From Obrimoposthia wandeli (lineage: Eukaryota), in the NCBI GenBank assembly GCA_977020255.1, contig CDROCS010005043.1, positions 1 through 64,000 of the forward strand: a DNA stretch of 64,000 nucleotides, written 5' to 3'. Shown here one piece after another: positions 58,528-64,000 of this stretch. Under the pieces are notes generated by a model. That model searched no databases. It was not told the DNA's origin and saw only the letters and a program-made list of their open reading frames with translations. Position 1 is the first letter of the stretch; every line of letters begins with the position of its first letter. A program made the position numbers and the translations under genes.

Positions 58528-60087
58528 ATGTCGATTTCACGCCGCGATTTACTTAAAGGCATTGCAATTACAGGTGCGGGAGCCGCTGCAGTTGCAACAA
58601 CAGGATGCAGCTCACTGACTTCCAGTAACGCGATTACGCCAAAAGCCGTTCCGGGTAAAAAGCCTAATTTACTTATTGTTTTCCCTGATGAGATGCGAAC
58701 TCATGCGATGGAATTCATGAAGCAAGACCCATCACATACACCCAACATCAACAAGTTTGCCAAAGAAGGCGTGCATTTAAAACAGGCTGTATCTAACTTC
58801 CCGTTATGTACACCATTTCGCGGTATGTTAATGACGGGTCAGTATCCGGTTCGCAGTGGTATTCAAGGTAACAGTCATACGCCTATGCCAGGTAAATACG
58901 GTGGTAGTGACTTTGGTATTGAGCTCAACCGTAATGCATTAACCTGGTCTGGCATCATGAAAGAACAAGGTTATAGCATGGGTTATATTGGCAAGTGGCA
59001 TCTTGATGCACCGCACGCACCATTTGTACCAAGTTATAATAACCCAATGGAAGGCAAATATTGGAACGACTGGACACCACCTGAACGTCGCCACGGTTTT
59101 GATTTTTGGTACGCATACGGTACCTATGATTTACACATGAATCCGATTTATTGGACCAATAATACGCCGCGTGATAAACCGCTGCAGATCAATCAGTGGA
59201 GCCCTGAACATGAAGCCGATATCGCGATCAAATATTTACGTAATGAAGATGGTAAATACCGTGAGGATGACCAGCCGTTTAGCTTAGTTATATCAATGAA
59301 TCCACCGCATTCACCATATGACCAGGTACCACAGAAATATTTGGACCGATATAAAGATGATACGTCTGAAAGTCTCAATACCCGTCCAAACGTACAGTGG
59401 GATAAAGAATATACCGAAGGTTATGGGCCTAAATTCTTTAAAGAATACATGGCAATGATCAATGGTGTTGATGAGCAATTTGGCCGCATAGTCGATGAGT
59501 TAGACAGCCTACAGTTAGCTGAAGATACCCTAGTGGTCTTCTTCTCTGATCACGGTTGCTGCATGGGCTCAAACGGTAAACCAACCAAGAATGTACACTA
59601 TGATGAATCCATGCGTATCCCAATGATCTTCCGTTGGCCAGGCACACTTGCTGCACAAGACAGTGATATTTTATTCTCAGCACCTGATATTTATCCGACC
59701 ATGTTAGGTCTGTTAGGTATGGAAGATTTGATCCCAGATACGGTTGAAGGTACCAACTTTGCTAATACCGTACGTGGTATTAAAGGTGATAAACAGCCAA
59801 CATCACAGTTCTATACCTTCATGCCATACGGCGCTCAATCTTATGGTCGACGCGGAATAAGAACAGATCGTTATACCTTGGTGGTTGATCGTCGAATTGC
59901 AAAACCACTCAGCTATATTTTGCATGATAATCAAAACGACCCTTACCAAATGAGTAATATTGCCGAAGGTAATGACGAACTGATCCACCAACTTATCGTC
60001 GCAGAACTCATGCCATGGCTTGAACACACTGGTGATCCTTGGCGTCCAACCGAGGTGCCTGAAAGCGTGATGAATGCTTATACTTAA
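58528..60087 (+). CDS. Tat-exported S1 sulfatase (possible lipoprotein); candidate chondroitin 4-O-sulfatase
   Basis: ATG 58528 after AAGGAA; SRRDLLK Tat motif and TTGC; PNLL...DEMR, CTPFRG (CxPxR), GYIGKWH, NPPH.PY, SDHG. Specificity is inferred. Confidence 0.9.
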   Translation: MSISRRDLLKGIAITGAGAAAVATTGCSSLTSSNAITPKAVPGKKPNLLIVFPDEMRTHAMEFMKQDPSHTPNINKFAKEGVHLKQAVSNFPLCTPFRGMLMTGQYPVRSGIQGNSHTPMPGKYGGSDFGIELNRNALTWSGIMKEQGYSMGYIGKWHLDAPHAPFVPSYNNPMEGKYWNDWTPPERRHGFDFWYAYGTYDLHMNPIYWTNNTPRDKPLQINQWSPEHEADIAIKYLRNEDGKYREDDQPFSLVISMNPPHSPYDQVPQKYLDRYKDDTSESLNTRPNVQWDKEYTEGYGPKFFKEYMAMINGVDEQFGRIVDELDSLQLAEDTLVVFFSDHGCCMGSNGKPTKNVHYDESMRIPMIFRWPGTLAAQDSDILFSAPDIYPTMLGLLGMEDLIPDTVEGTNFANTVRGIKGDKQPTSQFYTFMPYGAQSYGRRGIRTDRYTLVVDRRIAKPLSYILHDNQNDPYQMSNIAEGNDELIHQLIVAELMPWLEHTGDPWRPTEVPESVMNAYT

Positions 60088-60099
60088 TAAGATAGATCA

Positions 60100-60131
60100 T
60101 AATCAGTACTTCTTTGCGTAAGTACTGATTA
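60100..60131. terminator. 12-bp hairpin after the sulfatase (probable terminator)
   Basis: taatcagtactt-8 nt-aagtactgatta. Confidence 0.65.
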
Positions 60132-60199
60132 TTACGACGTGATTCAAAATTTTTATGCCATTATGCATTTGTTACATAAAAATGAAAAAACAAGAGTTA

Positions 60200-60236
60200 G
60201 AAACCAATCGCAAATACAAACGAAGGGAATTGAAGG
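60200..60236. promoter_or_regulatory. Degenerate phased boxes upstream of the phosphodiesterase-like gene
   Basis: GAAGG at 60222 and 60232, GAAAC at 60200. Confidence 0.35.
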
Positions 60237-60299
60237 TGGCAACTAAATGTTATATAACTGAAGTTCCGTTATTTTAATTCTATGATTAGGTATATAAAA

Positions 60300-61202
60300 A
60301 TGAAAGTTAGTCTAAACACTCTTTATGCATGCGCTATCCTATCTTCTTGTAATGCCCTTGCTGAATCCAATAATAAAGTAGTACTTATTGGCCTTGATGG
60401 CGTACAGTATGAACAATTACTTACAGCATCCACACCTAATATTGACAAATTAAATATTTTATCCGGTTTCACTGGAGGGGAGTTAGGCGGTATTTCTGAA
60501 CAAATTACATCATCAGGACCAAGCTGGACGACCATTTTAACCGGTACTTGGGCAAACAAGCACCAAATTAAAAACAACAGTGCTCGCTTTGCAAATCCTC
60601 AACACCCTTCAATTTTCAAAGTACTGTCAAATGCAGAGCGCAGCAGTAGTGCAATGCTTGGTTGGGCGAATCCAATGCGTGATTACCTTACTTATGATCA
60701 ACCATTATTAGACTATCTATATTACCCTGATGTTAAAAATAATAATTTAGAAGACTACCGAGTAATGGATGAAAAATTATCTTATATGTTTACTCGAACA
60801 TTAAAAAAATTCAATTCAGACTTTACATTTGTACATTTAGATCATGTCGATGATGTCGGTCATCAGTTAGGATTTGGTCCTAAATACAGCCAAGGTATTA
60901 CGAAATTGGATGATTACGTTGGTCGAATAATTACCGCAACAAAAAAAAATAAAGATCAAAATTGGCTAATTCTGTTAGTAACAGATCATGGCCGAAGTAA
61001 TAAAAATGGCGGTAAATCGCACGGAGAACAGACAGCACAAGAAAGAACAATATGGATAGCTGCAAATAGAGATATTAAAATCCCTCTAAATTCACTTTAT
61101 GGCCAAGTATCCTTAGTAGATATAGCACCAACAATTTATGATTTTCTTGCAATAGAAAGTAAAGGCCTTGATTTAGATGGTCAGTCATTATTGGTAAAAT
61201 AA
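60300..61202 (+). CDS. Exported alkaline-phosphatase-superfamily (type I phosphodiesterase/NPP-like) protein
   Basis: VVLIGLDG, TSSGPSWTTILTG, HL..VD..GH, TDHG, DIAPTI; signal peptide with possible LSSC lipobox. Confidence 0.85.
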   Translation: MKVSLNTLYACAILSSCNALAESNNKVVLIGLDGVQYEQLLTASTPNIDKLNILSGFTGGELGGISEQITSSGPSWTTILTGTWANKHQIKNNSARFANPQHPSIFKVLSNAERSSSAMLGWANPMRDYLTYDQPLLDYLYYPDVKNNNLEDYRVMDEKLSYMFTRTLKKFNSDFTFVHLDHVDDVGHQLGFGPKYSQGITKLDDYVGRIITATKKNKDQNWLILLVTDHGRSNKNGGKSHGEQTAQERTIWIAANRDIKIPLNSLYGQVSLVDIAPTIYDFLAIESKGLDLDGQSLLVK

Positions 61203-61282
61203 CCTCAGCTAATACAGAGAGTCATTCAATATTCTATGATAAGCACCTGTAACATCGCCTACAGGTACTTATCTGTGAAATA

Positions 61283-64000
61283 TTAACCTTGAGTTAGTTC
61301 AAGCTTAATACCTTCAGCGCGAACAGTGGTGACCTGCAACAACGTATTACCACCTTTCTGCACAGTTAGTTTAACTGCTGCTGGTAATGTTGAAGTTGCG
61401 TGCCACAACCCTTTTAATACAAGCTGCGTAGCGGTATCGGCAGAAGCATTATCTTTCCAACTATTACGTGAATAGATGCTAACTTCTTTTTGGATACCGC
61501 CAGCGTCATATTGACTCTCATCTTTACCTTGATAAAGATTTAAATCGGGATTCACAATATGCATGATTAATTGCTGTTTATCTTGTGTCACCATCACCAT
61601 CGATGCAGCATCTATTGACTTAATCAAGCAGTCCCCGAGGTTCGTAACAGGATTAAAGAAAGCATAACTACGTGTATTAGACGCCCGGTCCCAGACAATA
61701 TGTGCATTATTATCTTGTTGCTCGACAATAAAAGGTGCTGCGCTTGTTGATTGTAATTGTTCAGCAAATTTAGTCGCTTGCTGGACATTTGAATCAATCA
61801 ATACCGAATATGCATAACGTCCATCCGTTGGTTTAATACCATGATTAATCACGGCCGTGGCAAACCTCCCTTGTGTTGGTTTACTATTCTTTTGATTAAA
61901 TGACTCCTGCTCAATAACCGACACAGTAACGGTACTATCGTCACCAACAAAATAAGCATTCTTATCAGGGTCTAATAATATATTTATGCCATTTTCTGTC
62001 GTTTTCGTAATATAAGTACCAGGTTCTACAACTTGCCCATTAACAACCATTTTATCACTATCTTGACGTAGTGCATGCTGGAACAATGTGGTATCAACCT
62101 GATGTTGTACATCTTCAGTCTGAATACCACTACCAAGGGCGACAATGAGATTATCAAAAAAGAACACTGATTTATTCGCCACAAAGCTAGCATCATATTT
62201 AGGATGCCCTTGTAGCTTCATAGCAAATAACCCGTTATCACCGTCACTGAGTGCGCCAGAATATGTTTGTTCCGACATTAACATTTCTTCTAAGCCACTG
62301 AACTTATCCACATTCAATAATTCAGCTTCTAGATCAGCGATAGGTAACTGTACTGCAGTTGTGCCAGGCCAGCGATTCCAATTCCAACCATCGTGACTAA
62401 AACTACGTGATTTACCATCATTATCCATGATCTCTAATTGACCGTAATTAACATAACGCCTTGGGTTATCGATTAAAGTATTAGCATAGCCTGCGAATTG
62501 TCAAGTGCAACGCACTAAATCCACGAGCTGCAGCAACCAGCTATATCAATGGCAAGGATACCCAAGTTCGCAAAGTCTACGTCTAGTTTCCCGTTGTTAT
62601 TGCCGCATTAATATCTTGTGACGTATGCAACGCGAAAACGCATCAACGCCCGGAGCTGCTGCAACAGGTCAGCCATATCGGTATCAATCACACTTTTACC
62701 ATCAACAGAACCTGCCATCGTCATATGTTCAAAAGGCTTTATAGCAATATCTTGCTTTCCATCAGGATGACACCTGGCTTTATCGACATTGTACCAACCA
62801 ATTACTATAAATCTCCGTCATTGCCACAGCATTTTAATACCGCGATGCGCTTGTGGTTGGGGTCGTTATAAAGATGTACAGTCGACCCAGCGCTTCCAAT
62901 GTGAGTTAACCCATTTACGTAACCTTAGCATAAGCAGGGCAATGCTAGCAACGGTGAAAAACAGTTCATCCGGTTTAAATCCACCACCAAGCCCTTTAGA
63001 ATTATTAATCGAGCGTGATAACCAGAAGCTAAATTGATTTAACCACGCTGACTTTATATTTACATCTGGCTGCATTAATATACTGTATAACATGCCTCGC
63101 AATTGGGTATTCATCACATCAACATTGAAATTGGTCATTTCCGATATAGGACGATAAATACGTCCCGTCCCTGCAAACCACGCCATCATATCACTCACAT
63201 CTTTGGCCAACATATTGGCCGCGAGTAGGTCTCGATTATAATAATGGGCTTGAAACAGCGCACGTAAGATATAACCAAAGTGATGAGAAGTACCGACAGC
63301 ACTACCAGACTCATAACCTTGCGTTAGCCCATAGCGCGTTAATGACAGATACATTTTGGTCAATTCTTGTTGTTCAGCGTCAGAAATATCTGTATGCATC
63401 ATTTTCGCAATCGCAAACATAAAATCACCATAATCACGCAATTTAACAACATCAAAAACGGTATCGAAACCACTTTCGTTTAGTAACCCTTTATTAATGC
63501 CTTTATCTAAAAATGTTTGTAAACGATTGGCATTATCGAGTGGTTTTCCGGTAACAACACCATTTATCTCTAGCAATTCATAAGATTGATATTGGCGACG
63601 TACATCATCCATCGTCATCGCATTCATACGACCAGAATCTTGATTAACAAAAGAATCAAGCTTTGCAGTGATCACATTCACTGCTGAGTCATCTAATGAT
63701 GGAACCGATGAGCCAACATCAGTACCCAGCAAAAAATTGTGGTAACGGTAGAGTGCTAACCAGTGTCGATTCGGCGCCACGTCCGCAGCTAAATTAATAA
63801 AAGGAACAGTCGCATCGCGGGTTGGCCAACGCGGATCGACAGGAATATTCATCATCATTTGATCAAAGTATAAAGTAGTAGCATCAAGTGTGGCAGCTGT
63901 ACGAACCTGCATGAAATTCATGCCTATTTTCGGATTCCCTTGCATATCTTTAAAAGGGATCATCAACTGACGCCAACCATCAAAATCCAGCGACACATCA
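61283..64000 (-). CDS. Third chondroitin ABC lyase, cABC-II/exolyase-like (PL8); 5' end outside the window, frameshifted at about 62430-62965
   Basis: 5' part: GWR, PVDPRWPT.D, SHHFGY, D..NT.LRG, GGFKPD. Reading across frames gives PAYAK and HPDGKQDIAIKPFEHMTMAGSVDGKSVIDTDMA. 3' part: GWNWNRWPGTT, Lyase_8 C-terminal domain. Confidence 0.85.

Noticed and set aside
275-63037. Numerous 60-170 aa ORFs overlapping real genes (e.g. 5837-6214, 7467-7832, 14626-15003, 53468-53977, 57283-57705)
   Set aside because: Antisense or out-of-frame shadows of well-supported genes, with no recognisable motifs or ribosome-binding sites.
8587-64000. GAG locus as a tRNA-integrated genomic island or mobile element
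   Set aside because: No integrase, transposase or att-like direct repeat seen; core genes separate the tRNAs from the locus, and composition looks similar by eye.

Overview
About 64 kb of an AT-rich (roughly 40% GC by eye) marine-type gammaproteobacterial chromosome. The protein style looks Moritella/Psychromonas/Vibrio-like, but that is inference only. Positions 1-20.5 kb are core genome: ychQ-prmC-prfA-hemA / lolB-ispE-prs, pth-ychF, a 9-gene Met/Gln/Leu tRNA operon followed by a (CTAATTT)16 microsatellite, a heme-c chemoreceptor, ubiF / miaB-ybeZ-ybeY-corC-lnt, a second SirB2 paralog and an MBL hydrolase. Positions 20.5-64 kb (still open at the right edge) form one large glycosaminoglycan (chondroitin/dermatan sulfate) utilisation locus. 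It has three PL8 chondroitin ABC lyases: one lipoprotein, one GlyGly-CTERM, and one cABC-II-like. It also has two sulfatases with a radical-SAM maturase, GH105, DUF2264 (GH154-like), KduI/KduD/KdgK/Eda, an Aga-like PTS with AgaA/S/Z/R, and a chemoreceptor. No TonB-dependent SusC/D pair is visible. In its place is an uncharacterised surface module of an OmpG-like porin, an autotransporter and an Ig-stalk lipoprotein with an invasin-like tip. Several proteins are orphans: two beta-helix proteins, two phosphoesterases and one hypothetical. CTTTC/GAAAG boxes phased at 10 bp (AgaR-type) recur in most promoter regions and tie these orphans to the pathway. Two patches (about 0.7-2.3 kb and 62.4-63.0 kb) are full of indels that look like sequencing error rather than biology. 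No IS, integrase, prophage or CRISPR array was found. All family assignments come from motif recognition by eye; no searches were run.
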